Shown here piece by piece: positions 39,095-52,390 of a stretch of DNA of 64,000 bases. The notes beneath the pieces were generated by a model. It did not search any database. It saw only the letters and a list, made by a program, of their open reading frames with translations, and was not told the origin of the DNA. The stretch's first letter is position 1; every line of letters begins with the position of its first letter. The stretch spans positions 806,001-870,000 of the forward strand of contig JASVEC010000016.1 in assembly GCA_030770535.1 (NCBI GenBank), written 5' to 3'. Position numbers and translations under genes: made by a program. Source of the stretch: Batkoa obscura (taxonomy: Eukaryota).

Positions 39095-41059
39095 TTAACG
39101 CTTCTTAAGTTTAGTAGAAAATGTCTTCAATGGATCATGACGCTAGAAATAGAACATTAGAATTGATATATTGATCTTAAATAACTAAAACTTACCCTTT
39201 TATTTTTACGATGACTATCTCTATGTTTGTTTTCAAACTTAATACCTTTTCTTTTTTTGTTTTCTTCCTTTGCATTGTCACCAATTACTTGTTCCTGATT
39301 AACACTAGCAATTTTAGGAATCAAATAAGAGGGTACCGTTTTCAAGTATTCTTTATTTTTATCTTGCATTAAAGGTTTGTCATGTCTTAAAAATTCCAAA
39401 TCTTTAGGTCGATCTTCAAAATGAGCTTTTAACTTTTCCGAATTCATTAATTCATTTTTTAATTCTTTGACTCGGGCTTCTTTAATTTTTAATTTCGTTA
39501 CCATTCTTTCCGCATCTTCACAACGGTATCGAAAGCCTTCAATTTGTTTCATATCAAATTCATATGGACAAATTGGACTCCCTTTTTGTTCTCTACTCTT
39601 ACTAACTTTATTAAATACAGCTTCTTCTATTGAATTGGAAGTGGATATTAATGATAATGCAATACCACTTTTACCACCACGAGCAGTTCTTCCAATTCGA
39701 TGGGTATAAGATTTGATAGATATCGGAAAATCAAAATTTATAACAGCAGCTACACTTTTGAAATCAATACCACGAGATACACCATATTCTTTATCGGAAT
39801 TAAAAGTTGTTTTTCTTTTTTTAATAACTCTTTCTTCTTTATTTTCTTCTTCTGAGTTCTCTTCTTCTTCATCTGAATCTTTATCTACTTTGTATTTTTG
39901 TTCATCCGATGCAATAATATAATCATAAATTCCTTTATTAAATTCTTCAATTATATGATATCTTGAATTTAATGGCAATTCAGAATTCAAAGCACATGAA
40001 CGTATACCAAATTTTTCTAAAAATAGTTTTAATTTATAACATGTTTCGATTTCATTCACAAATATTAAACATTTTCCTTTAATTAATTGTAATTTAAGTA
40101 TAACATATAATAATAGAAATTTATCATTATTAGTACATTTTATACTATATTCACTTAATGTTCCATCACTTGTTTCATCTTCTTTTAATTTTAAAACTAC
40201 TGGATTTCTTAAAATTAACTGTTTAAGATTTTCAATATCCTAATTGAATTTTGTTATTAAAAAAGATTCTTCTTATTTATATAAAATAGTTACCTTATTA
40301 ATAGTAGCTGATAATAAAAAAGATTGACAGGCTTTTGGTAGATAAGTTAAAATTTGTTTTAAATCTTGTTCATAACCAAAAGATAAGACTAAATCCGCTT
40401 CATCAATAATTAATTGTTGTAAACTAGTTTTAACGTTTAATGACTATAAAATTTGATTTGAGATTAAATTGACATTGAAATACTATTAAAATTTACCTTA
40501 TTTTGTAAAAAACTTAAAATTTTACTTGGGGTACCAATAACAATACTTGGTAACTCTTTAAGTTGAGTTCTATAAAATAAAATTAATTTATAAAAGGAAA
40601 TTATTTCATTTAATCTTACTTCAAAAGTTTATCAGGTACATTACCAGATAAATTAATATGTTTAATATCCCCGCAATAGATAAGAATTTCATTAAGTTGA
40701 TTACTAACTTGTTCGCAAAGTTCTCTGGTGGGTACTAATATCATTGCTTTGATAGTCGATTTGTTATTTTCATTCTAAAAAACAATTGTTACTTTTTATT
40801 AATTAAATTCATAAAACTAAAATACCTCCTTAATCAACAATAAATTTTGGAGAATAGGTAAAAGGTAGGTTAATGTTTTACCCGAACCAGTTCTTGCTCT
40901 AGCCAAGATATCTTTACCAGCTAAAGCTAATGGAATAACACTGGATTGAATTAAAGTGGGTTTAACATGGCCTAGTTTAGCAACAGCTCGAAGTAAACGA
41001 TCATCTAAGCCTAAATCATTAAAACTTTTATTTTGATCAATTACTTTAGTATCAGCCAT
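39095..41059 (-). CDS. DBP9: DEAD-box RNA helicase DBP9/DDX56
   Basis: [68 protein letters not shown]. Confidence 0.93.
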
Positions 41060-41286
41060 AGTTCTATTTGAATTAAAAGTTGTTAAATTAAAATCAATAA
41101 AAGTTAAAAATGGTCCTAAAATTCAAACTTGCGAATCTTTTGCAATTTATTTTAGAAATGAATAAAGCTCGAATTTAATAGAGCCAATTAAAAGCATTAA
41201 AATACCAAGCTAAAGATGTAAAAATTCATATTTTATATAAGAGTTGAAATGTTTGTTTTAATAAACTCAAATAAAATAACTTAAAA

Positions 41287-41964
41287 ATGGATTATCAAAA
41301 CCGAGCAGGCTCCAAACCAGGGGCAGGAGGGGTAGCGAGTGCCTCTGAGTCGAATGTAGATCGACGTGAAAGATTACGAAAATTAGCCTTAGAAACCATT
41401 GATTTAGCGAAAGATCCTTATTTTATGAAAAATCATTTAGGTTCCTACGAGTGTAAACTATGTTTAACATTACATACAAATGAAGGGAGTTATTTAGCAC
41501 ATACACAAGGAAAAAAGCATCAAACTAATTTAGCTAGAAGAGCAGCCAAAGAAGCAGCCGAATCAATAGCACCAGTACCAGTAACTCAAACGCCAATTGT
41601 ACCCCGTAAAAATTTTATTAAAATTGGACGACCTGGATATAAAGTAACAAAACTTAAAGATCCAAATACTAATCAATTAGGCTTTTTATTTAGCATTCAA
41701 TATCCAGAATGTGGGACAGATATTATACCTAGATTTCGGTTTATGTCTGCATTTGAACAGCATATTGAAGCCCCCGATAAAAATTTTCAATATTTAATAT
41801 TTGCGGCAGAACCTTATGAAAATATTGGATTTAAAGTTCAATCAAAAGAAATTGATAGAAATCCTCAATTGTTTTTTTCATATTGGGATAAAGAATGTAA
41901 TCAATTTTCGTTACAATTCTTTTTTAAAGAAGATTATCCATCTGGTATTAACTCTAACAAATAA
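41287..41964 (+). CDS. PRP11: Splicing factor 3A subunit 2 (SF3A2/SAP62/Prp11), intronless
   Basis: MDYQNRAGSK, RRERLRKLALETIDLAKDPY, matrin zinc finger CKLCLTLHTNEGSYLAHTQGKKHQ, FMSAFEQ, AAEPYENI. Confidence 0.96.
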   Translation: MDYQNRAGSKPGAGGVASASESNVDRRERLRKLALETIDLAKDPYFMKNHLGSYECKLCLTLHTNEGSYLAHTQGKKHQTNLARRAAKEAAESIAPVPVTQTPIVPRKNFIKIGRPGYKVTKLKDPNTNQLGFLFSIQYPECGTDIIPRFRFMSAFEQHIEAPDKNFQYLIFAAEPYENIGFKVQSKEIDRNPQLFFSYWDKECNQFSLQFFFKEDYPSGINSNK

Positions 41965-42106
41965 ATTTTTATTAATTTTGTAGTTTGGGTTTGCACTATT
42001 TTTAAGCTAATAAAAAATTATTTAACTTTCTATTGGTGGATTTTTTTGAAACTCTTTATTTTAAGCATATCCCATAAAATTTAATACAGTTTAACTTATT
42101 TTTAAA

Positions 42107-43185
42107 ATGGCATTTACTAGTATAATAAGAGTAAGTATATTAACATATTAAAATTAAAATAGTACTAATAAAACATAAAGAATGCCAACCAATTAGTTAG
42201 TAAAAATTTATTTACTAAATCCTTATCCACTACAAGCTTAAATTGGAGTTCTTTGGATGCCAGTAAAGTAACTGAATCAAAAATTGAGGTTTTACAACCA
42301 CTTAAACCTAAAGTATTAAGACCTTTCTCACAACCAAAATGTAATTGATTTTATGTTGATTTATACTAATTTAAAACTAATAAAAAATGAACTTAGTCGT
42401 TGCTCCAGTTGCCGAATCAACACAAGCTAAAGGTAATTAACTAATAAATTAAATCCAAGCTCTCATTCTAACCTCAACCAAAGTATTAAATCCTTTTCCA
42501 ACGACTGTCCAAGTGTGGTTGAAAGATTTTAAAACCCAACAACCCATTGATATATTAAATATAAGTGCGGATGTATTTGCCAGTCCAATCAGAAGGGATA
42601 TATTACAACGAGCTGTAGTATATGAAAGAGATTGTTTACGTCAAGGAACTCATTCTGCCTTAAGTCGATCTGAGGTTTCTGGTACAGGTAGAAAAGCTTA
42701 TGCTCAAAAAGGAAGAGGTAAAGCACGTGTTGGTTCTCTTCGTGCTCCTCACTTTCGTGGTGGTAAGTTTAATTTAATGGATTTAAAGGCTACGTTTATT
42801 TAGTTTGAAATTAGGGGGTCGTGCTTTTCCTGTTAAACCACGTGATCATTCAACTAAATTACCAAGAAAATTATATAATTTTGCTTTGAGAGTATTATTA
42901 TCTACTAAATATGCCCAAAATCAACTGCTTTTAGTAGATAATGTAGAATTGGATAGTCATAAAACAAAAGATTTAGTATCTGTATTAAAAGGACATAATC
43001 TAGATTCCGCCATGTTTATGTTGGGTCAAGAAAATGATTATTTAGAATTAGCAGTCAATAATATTCCAGGAATTTCAGTGGGTGATATTTATGATCCTAC
43101 TATTTATCAGATGATGTTACATTCCAATTTAGTACTTGATAAACTTGCCTTGGCTTATTTTGAAGATACTCTTAGAGTTGATTAA
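42107..43185 (+). CDS. YML6: Mitochondrial ribosomal protein uL4m, multi-exon
   Basis: RRDILQRAVVYE..RQGTH..RSEVSGTGRKAYAQKGRGKARVGS.RAPHFRGGGRAF; ATG 42107 with short N-terminal exons. Confidence 0.9.
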
Positions 43186-43682
43186 AAAGATTATAGATTA
43201 ACGGGAGAAACATGAAAAAATAATAAATTAGATCGTTTAAAATTTTGTTGTTTAATTATAATGTTATGCTTTTAAGTTTATAAGAATGATAAGTTTAAAA
43301 AAATAGCCTTTCCTATTATTAATCTTATACAGAAAATTAGTATTGATTAGCTTATATCAAAATAGATATAAGCTAATATGAAAGAATCAAATAATATTTA
43401 AATAAACTGATAATAGTGGTCTTTTAAAATAATAAGGAATATATTAATATAACATAGTAAAGGAGAAGTACCATCCTATTTTGAAATTTGTATAAAGACA
43501 GCAATTTTTTGATTATTCTCAAAGCAGTAGAGCTTTTACTTATTCAATACAAATTGATTTTATTAATAGCTGCTAAAATGATAGAAAATATCAAAATTAA
43601 ACCTATTTATTGACCATTACTATCACTACATATTAATTAAAATAAACATATAGGCGTCTACTATGACTTCAAAAACATAACA

Positions 43683-44556
43683 CTATTGTTTTTTAACCTT
43701 ATTGAAATCAGCTTCCGTATTATGTAAATAATCCAGGATACCCAACAACCCAAATTCGTAATTAAATTTTTCATGATGATAATCATGGCCTGTAGCCGAA
43801 CGAAAAAAAGGAAGATTGTAACCAGAATGTGAGTTAACTGTATTAAAATTAGCGAGTGTTAACCAAAAATAAATAGTGAGTGGATGAGACCTTAATACTA
43901 ATGGACCCAACAGTAAGGGTAACAAATTAGAAAATAAAAATTCAGTTACTGTAGCATAAACAGCTAATTGAGGTTAGTAAATGATAAAATGAGTATAGAA
44001 AAATGAACTTACCTGCTAAACCAATGGGGGCGGTAAACTCATGATGCAGTTTATGAAATTTAGCATAAAGTAAAGGATGATGAAGTAATCGATGAACATA
44101 ATAAAACCCAACTTCAGTAATAAGTAAATAAATGATGATATCTCTTAGAAACTGGCCAATTGTAGGTACCTGACTAAAGTATTCCTTTGCCTGTCCAAAT
44201 GATGAATATCTAGGCGAGATGGGATGACATAAATAATAAACTAAATAAGAACTTGGTGGCGCAATTAACACATAATTGAACAAGGCTATTGGCAACGCTT
44301 TTTTGTAATCTTCGATAGCCTCCTTTTTGCGTTTTTGGATTTTATATTTTGAATAACCGGTTGGATAATGGACATCAATAATATAAAAAAAAAGAGAAGA
44401 AATAAAATAGGTTGAGAAAGCACATAAATAAGAGCCAATTAACAATAAAGAAAAAGAATCAAACTTTGAGTTTAAAATATTCCATAGTTCTTGACCTTCA
44501 AAGTGTAGTAATATTGAATAGCTAGCTACAAAAAGCGGTACAATTCCTCCATTCAT
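43683..44556 (-). CDS. Fatty acid hydroxylase / sterol desaturase superfamily, paralog B
   Basis: Same His boxes and intron position as paralog A; ATG at 44556 (MNGGIV) aligns with the paralog starts. Confidence 0.9.
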
Positions 44557-45898
44557 TATGTTAATATTTGTAACTAAAAAATGAGAAAACAATTTATAAA
44601 TATATTTCTTAACAAAAAGAAGTAAATGATTTAACTATTTATTTTTAAAACATCAGTTTTCATTCCTCCATTGTGACAATAATGCTTAGAATCTCCCCAA
44701 AAGCTGGACAATATGTAAACATTCCAAATTTTTAAAAAAAGTTTGAGAGTATATACTTATGAATTTTTATTTTTTTGTTTTATTTTATTTTCATATTACA
44801 TAATTTGCAAAAAATTTAGATTTAAACTACACTTTAAAAATATTATCAAAATTATTATTAAGATATAGTGTAATAAATAGTATCTAATAATTTTATATTA
44901 ACTCCCCACTTATAAATTTCTATTGCATTGTCTTAGTATTTTAAAATATCTGCACTGAATTATAACTGAACAATAAAAAATAAAAAAAGAAATATTTTTA
45001 TACAGATTTTGAAAAGTTGGATTTAAATTAAGCTATAAATTTTATTTTTATTTTTATTGTTTTTAAATTCTCAATATCAATTTGATATAAATAAAGTATA
45101 GTTCGCTGTACAACTTAAAGTTTTAATTTTATTTATATCAAATTAGGATGTCTCTAAAGCCTGGTTTAAGTATAAATGAGTCGGCAGTGAGCACATGCTT
45201 TTGCTTTAATGACTGGCTAAAAACGCATTTTTCACCAGGATTAAGGCTCACTCTTATAAACCCGAGGTTAGCTCTAGCCATCAGTTTCGTGGTAATATGG
45301 AAAACAGTATAACCTATCGATTTTTAAATTATACTGTCTTATCTAATTTTTGATATCTGTGTGCCTCCTATTTTTATAAATTCACAAATCCTATTGTTAT
45401 ATTAATGATATGAGCCTTACTTTTACTTCTCTACTTTTACTTTTGTTCTCACTTCTGCGCTTCCATCTTTTTGACCATTTATAAAGTTCATATCAAATTG
45501 GGGTTTGCCAAAACCTCTTCTTGTCTTTCAGACTCTTCACTCTTCGTCAGGTGAAAAATTACTTGAGACCAAGGTTTCTCTCTCACGATTACTAAATTAA
45601 TTAATCAAAGTAGATGCGCTATACTCTCCAAATGAGCTGTCTCCCCCTCTATCGTTCATCAAAGGGCTTTATTTCATTTAAAGCACAATAAACCACTTGG
45701 GGCCTGTTGCCTCTTGAAGAATTTAAAAATTAAACACTCTTAATACGAAGGGTGTATTGTTTTGAATTTAATGATTTGATGTCAATACAACTCAAAACAA
45801 ACAAATATTAAAAATAATAGACTAACTTCCATGTATGAATTATTTCTATCTATAATAGATAATATTTATAGTAAACATTCTTTAATTTTAGTTAAAAT

Positions 45899-45998
45899 TT
45901 GGGAATGTTTTTTTTGTCTTCATTACTTTTTCTTTTTGAGCACTATTTGAGTGGAAAGATTATTAGCAAAATTCTTAAACGAAAAAATACATCGCCAT
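45899..45998 (-). mobile_element. ~100-bp MITE family copy
   Basis: tgggaatg..ctatttgagtggaaagattattagcaaaattcttaaac..tacatcgcca. Confidence 0.78.
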
Positions 45999-46015
45999 TT
46001 ATTATATTCAAAAGC

Positions 46016-46880
46016 TTATTTTTAATTTTGTAAAGACTCCGATTGGTTTCGTGTAAATGATCAAGGATATTCAACAAGCTAAATATATAATTGAATTTTT
46101 CATGATATTAGTTGTGACCTATAGTAAGACTTAATAAGGGAAGATTATAAACTGAGTGTCAAGTAACTGTGCTAAAGTTTGCAAGAATTATTCAAAAACA
46201 GATAATGAGAGGGTGAGATCTTAGTATTAAAGAACTCATCAGTAAAGGTGTCATATTTAAGAACATGAATTCCGGTACAGAAGCATAGATAGTTAGTAAA
46301 GTTAGTAAATCGTTAATTAGTATATGAACTAGAGCTACCTGCTAAACCAACCAACACAATAAACTCATGATGTACTTTATGGAATCTTGTGTAAAATAAA
46401 GGGAGGCGAAATAATCGATGAATATAGTAAAACCTAGTCCAGTAATAATCAAATAAATGATCGTGTCCTTCAAAAATACCTATACTGTAGATACTTGGCC
46501 AAAATATTTCTTTACTTGTTCTGATAGGGAGTACATGGGCGAAATTGGATGAAATAAATAAAACAGAAAGTAGGACTATGGAAGCGTAATTAGTATATAA
46601 TTAAATAAAACGGCCAGTAGGGCTTTTTATAATCTTTGGTAACTTCTAATTTGCGGTTTTGAGTTTTATATTATGAGTAGCTACTTTGATATTAGATATT
46701 AATAATATATAAAAAGAAAGAAGTAGAGGAATAGGATAGTAAAACACTTCAATAACATCCAATTGACAATAAAGTAAATTAAGCAGACTTCGAAATCAGT
46801 GTGTTTTATATATATTGACTTTTGAGTCATAACAGTATTAAACAGCTAATTAAAAAAACCAATACAAATTACATTGTCAC
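46016..46880 (-). pseudogene. Fatty acid hydroxylase paralog C, pseudogene
   Basis: Reverse complement gives KDYKKALLAVLFNYILITLP*, FHPISPMYS, HKVHHEF and HEKFNYIF..ILDHLH, with many in-frame stops, a frameshift near GFYY and a lost start (GTG). Confidence 0.88.
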
Positions 46881-47595
46881 TATGCTTCTTTATATTCAAA
46901 AACTTAGGAGGGTCCTTCTTAAACAAAAAACTTTATATATCTTAACCCCTCTCCCACGCATACTTTAAAAATAAAGAGCTCTGAAGTCTTGGTTTATATA
47001 TTATATCTCAATTAAGATAATACTTAGTTAGACTCTGTTATACAACTAGTAAAATTGTGTTTCAAAAGTCAAAATATTATGTTCTTAAATGATAATTATG
47101 AATCAATAAAATTTACTCAAAGAAAAAAATAGCTGCTTGTTTAAAATTACTATTCCTTTAAAAAGGATATTGATTTTTTTATAAACCTTACTATGAAGTA
47201 TTAAGAACACTTGATTATTTTATTATAAATTGAAATTTATAGTTAGTGTTAATTTTAATATTCATTCTATACTAACATCCCCTTAATACTAGCCTTAATA
47301 TTAATTTTAATGTTAATGCTGTTTTGATACTAACATTAGAATCAGGCTTGGTGTTAAGTGAATTTTATGCCAAATTATATATATCTTATTGCTGTTCCAT
47401 CTACTGTATTATCACTGTTTTATACTTCATATTGTAGCCATTTCATATTATCTACTATAGTCATTTTAAATGTGCGATAAATAATTATGTTGTACTTTAG
47501 CTATTTTAATAAAAATTGTTTTCGATAAAGGAACTAATTTATAACTTTGAATTAGAGAATTTTTATATCAAAACTAAAAACTAAAAGTTATTAAA

Positions 47596-47802
47596 TGGAG
47601 ACGTTTTTTTTGACTTCATTACTTTTTCCATCTTTAAGCGTTATCTGGGTGGAAAAATTGTTAGTGAAGTTTTTAAATACAAAAATACATCCCTAGATAT
47701 GGGGGTGTTTTTTTTGACTTCATTATTTTTTCCATTTTTTAAGCGCTATTTAAGTGGAAAATTTGTTAGTAAAATTCTTAAACACAAAAATACATCCCCA
47801 TA
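47596..47802 (-). mobile_element. Two tandem ~100-bp MITE copies (47596-47695 and 47698-47802)
   Basis: Both contain tttgacttcatta..tttcca..taagcg.tat..gtggaaaa..tgttagt..aaaaatacatccc. Confidence 0.88.
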
Positions 47803-48630
47803 TAGTATTCAGTTTATATTTTAAGACGAAGATAGCTTTTATATTATAAAACAAAAATGTTAGCTAACAAATCAACATAATTAAAATTTTAAGTACTTGA
47901 TTAAAATTTTCAATAATGTTTTAAATTATGACTTTTTTATACTCATTAATTTAGTTTATTATAATCTAAATCGCTATTTTATTATGAATTAGCTACTTTA
48001 ATTCAATACTTTTATTAGCAATTCCTTCATAATATCTAATATTTATAAGTGTAGCTTATATAATTTGTATTCTATGTTTAATGTTTTTAAATAATGGATA
48101 TGAAAAGATAATTCGATTTTTTTTTATTAAAAAGTTTGTTTTTGTAAATGGACTAGAAAGCTAACAGAAAAGGAATTTAGCACTTTTAGAATTGCTTGTA
48201 AGGTGTTCAATAGTTCAGTCAGTGTTATTGTTTTATATGGTTTTACATTCGATGTATAGTTGTATTGCTAATAGGTCAGTTCCTGACGCTTTAGTAGAGA
48301 AAACCGAATATCCTTTCTAAATAGCCCTCTGGGCTAAATCTAGAATCAAGCTGTAAAAGGAGATTTAATTCAAATAAAATAACTTTAAAGTTAGAAGTAA
48401 GGAATGAGATGAGGCTAGTATTAAAATCGAATAATTATTGTTTCTTATTAAATTAAAAGTTGTTTGTTTTTATTTAATAAAATCAGTGTTAATACATTTA
48501 ATAAACCAATCAAAAAAAATAAATGAACAAGTTAATTGTTGCACATATATTTCTTTTGCCTTTATCATAGACAATATTTACAGCAAAATACCTAAAATTT
48601 TGACCAGAACTTATTATATAAAAGGATGAT

Positions 48631-49497
48631 CTATTTCTTAATTTTATAAATACCACCATCCGTTTTATGTAAACGATCAAGGATGCCTAGTAAACCAAAC
48701 ACATAGTTAAATTTTTCATGGTGGTAATCGTGAGCTTTAGCAGGACGCAAATATGGAAGGTCGTAGCCTGAATGTACAGTAACGGTGTTAAAATTTACAA
48801 AAATTAACCAGAAATAAATGGTGAGAGGGTGAGATCTCAGTATTAAAGGGCCTATTGTTACAGGTAGCAAATTAGAAAATACAAACTCAGTTACAGTGAC
48901 ATAAACGGCTATTTAATTTAATAAATAATAGTTAAAACATGAATTAAAATTACCTGCTAAACCAATGGGGGCAGTAAACTCATGGTGTAGCTTATGAAAT
49001 CTCGTGTAAAATAAAGGATGGTGAAGTAATCGATGAATATAGTAAAATCCTATTTCAGCGATAAGTAAACAAATGACAAGGTCCTTTAAAAATATCCACG
49101 ATGTAGGTACTTGATTATAGTATTCCTTTGCTTGTTCAAATGAGGAATATCTAGGCGAGATGGGATGAAACAAATAATGTACTAAAGAAGAACATGGAAG
49201 CGTAATCAACACATAGTTGAATAAAACAACTGGTAATGCTTTTTTGTAATCTTTGATAGCTTCTTTTTTACATTTTTGTATCTTATATTGTGAATAATTA
49301 GTTGGATAATAAATGTCAATGATGTAAAATATAAAAGAAGAAACGAAATAGCTCAATAAAGCACTTAAATATGAGCCAATTATTAATAAAGTGAAAGAAT
49401 CAAACTTTGAACTTAACATATCCCACAGCTCTTGGCCTTTAAATTGCAAAAGTATCGAATAGCTAACTACTGAAAATAATACAAATTCTCCAGCCAT
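48631..49497 (-). CDS. Fatty acid hydroxylase / sterol desaturase superfamily, paralog D
   Basis: MAGEFV..FYYIHRLLHH..HKLHHEFTAPIGLA|..HSGY..HDYHH; same intron position as paralogs A and B. Confidence 0.9.
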
Positions 49498-50529
49498 TAT
49501 GTTGAATTTTTATAATTAAAGAAGAAAAATCAATTTTTTATATTTTTTAAATAAAAAGAAATAAGTGATGCAATTTCTTTTAAGAGGTCAGTTTTTATCC
49601 CTATATTGTGACACTAGTGTTTACAGTTTGTTTGATTCAAATTTGCACTTGTTGAACCATAATTTTACAAAGGTATTTTTTATTAATTTGCAATAGCTTT
49701 TTAATAGTGTTTTTTTCAATTCAGTGTTTTCACCCTGTTTTTTAGTTTACCTCAAATAGTCTGTTTTCTTCATATATAAAAAGAAATTAGCATAAAGACT
49801 GTAACCTAAAAAATCTTAAAGCTTTAAACTATCACAAATATAAATAGGAGAAAAGATAGGAAAGCATAGTATTTTAAATTGATGGACAGCCTTCATATCT
49901 TCATTCATAGTTTAAATAACATTTGAATAAAGTTGTTATATATCATACTATGGACAAAAATTTAAATTATCATACGAGCATGTCTTTCTATGCTTAAGGA
50001 TTTACTTATTTTTCTCACTCTTTTCGCTCAATGACGCTCAGAGTGGCTAAATAATAAGTTTCAGAAATAATCTAACTTTTTGGGTTAAAGCTAATCTAAA
50101 GTTAATCTAAAGTTAGTGATTGCAATAGCAAATGTTTTTAATGTCTAAGGGTAAAATAATTTTCTGATAAAAGAAGGTAAATTATGACAATTCTATATTC
50201 TGAATAGATTGAATTTACTTAAAAGTTAGATTACTCTAGAAATTACCTTATAAAATCGAAAAAGACATCCTCATATAATTTCCTTGATAATTAATAGAAT
50301 TCTTAAACGATGAAATGCAAATAAACTAAAGTGAATAATGAACTGAATCATTGAATAAATAAAACTATTAAGTAACTTTGTAAATAAGCTACTAATTTTA
50401 ATAAAATGGTAAAATCCTTAGTTATGACAGTAGTTACTATCTTGAATTAATATAGGTATGTCTTTTTTGCTTTTATTGCTTTATCCACTTTCTGAGCACA
50501 ATTGAGCAAACAAACTTAAAAACAAAGCA

Positions 50530-50632
50530 TATGGGGATATATTCTTTGTTTAAGAACTTTACTAACAATCTTTCTACTCAAATAGCGCTCAAAAAACGGA
50601 GAAAGTAATGAAGACAATAAAACATCCTCATA
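50530..50632 (+). mobile_element. ~100-bp MITE family copy (a degenerate opposite-strand copy lies just upstream, ~50451-50529)
   Basis: TA-tggggat..caaatagcgctc..catcctca-TA. Confidence 0.85.
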
Positions 50633-52390
50633 TATTTTTTCTTAAAGACCAATAAGATCTAAGTGACATATGAAAAAAGTTAAAAAAGTTAAAAAGTTAA
50701 AGAGCATATAAAATCATTAGTGGTAAGGCTGCGGGTTAAAAATGAGACAACGAAGTTAATTTCTAAAGTCTACTTTAGCATAAAGCGACCTTATTTTAAA
50801 TTAGAAAGGATTATAGCTGGATGGTTTAATTTCGGTTCTATACGGTGCATTTACCAAGGAAGAGGTGAGACAACTGTAGATAAAAGTGTAGAAAGAGCTT
50901 CAAAAGAAAATCAACCTTGAAATATCTAATAAAAGATCTCTCTTAATTGAGGGTGGGGTTATCTAAAAAAAGAGATTTATAGTGAAAGTTTTTATTACAG
51001 TTGTGTACCCCTGGGATTTTATTTTTGAAAAAAAATACGAACTTATCTATAAAAAAATACTTTAGAAAAGACTCCTTTATTTACTATCAATATCCTTAAT
51101 AGTATTTCAAACTAGTCATTTCTTTTGGGACTGATACAGAAAGAACTTTACTAACTATTAACTGTTGACTATTAACTATGTTTTAAAAAATACAAAATTT
51201 TAAAGTCATATAAATGGAAGTCGTGTGTTTGAACAAAATTATACATAAATTTAAGCTGGAAAAATGTTAAATAGAAATTACACCATTTATAAAAAACAAT
51301 AAAAAACAATAATTAAATCAATTAATTTTTATATATTATCATTTATTAAATCAAAGATAAAAAATCTATCACTTGATCTTTACCGTCATTTTAGTAAAAC
51401 ATTGCTACAAAAAGTTAAAAAAATGAGTTTAAGGGAGAATTAAAAACAGTATAAGGAATTTAAAGCAAAAAATAAGAAAAAGTAATCAAGTAAAAAATAC
51501 TGGGGTTAAAAAGGAGTAAAAAAAAGAGTAAACTTCAAAACTAAAAACACCCCTATTTTAAGCTTAAAGCGTTAATATAGTCTTATTTTAAATATTAAAT
51601 TTTTTTATTTAACATTCAAAATCTGGGGTCAATTTTTTAATGAGTTTTTCCCCTTAAATTTATGGTTGTAATCTTTTTCTATCATTTTTGAATCTTCGTC
51701 TATTTGAATAGTAATAAAATCAAAAAATTTAATATGAATAGATTTGTAGTTTATTTAAATAAATATATGTCACATTTTGTTTACTGATTGAATAGAAATT
51801 AAATATAACTTGAATGAATCCGAGGAACAAAATGTGAGTCCAATAGTAACTAATATTCTCGAATTGATTTTACTATAAAAATCTAAAAAATAAATCATAA
51901 GTTAAATGATTGGTGGCTATTCGTATCATTCCCTTTTAATTGGTTAACTAAATAACCTTTATTAATTTTATTAAGTTGCGATCCATCAAATGGAACGGGA
52001 AATTTCTAAATTAAGTTTTAATAAGAAAAAAAATGGCAACTTTGGGATTGATTTAAATAAATAAGGTTAATAATGTCCCCTTTTACCCAACATTTGACTC
52101 AAAAGTTACTTAGGGATAAATTAAATATAGTAACAAGAATTTTTAATATAAATAGGTGAACAAAGTATTAATCGATGAAAGTAATTTAATAAATTTAACT
52201 TCTTTCTTTTAAATTTATAAGTTGTTTGTTGATGAATCAATTATTATAATTTAATATTAATAATACAAAAACATCAATAATATTAATTCAATATAAAATA
52301 TTAATAATATAACTCAATTTCATTTTTACTCTATTTTAATTTTATTAAAACTCAATACTTATCATTATTACTATTAACTCAACTTTTATT

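Noticed and set aside
46016..46880. RIP-like mutation in the pseudogenes
   Set aside because: Stops from CAA/TGG fit general AT-biased decay; the 198-bp identical duplicate tract is unmutated, and dinucleotide context was not quantified.
47596..47802. Tandem ~100-bp repeats and dispersed copies as a CRISPR-like array
   Set aside because: No regular repeat-spacer structure and no cas genes; the context is eukaryotic and copies have TIRs with TA duplications.
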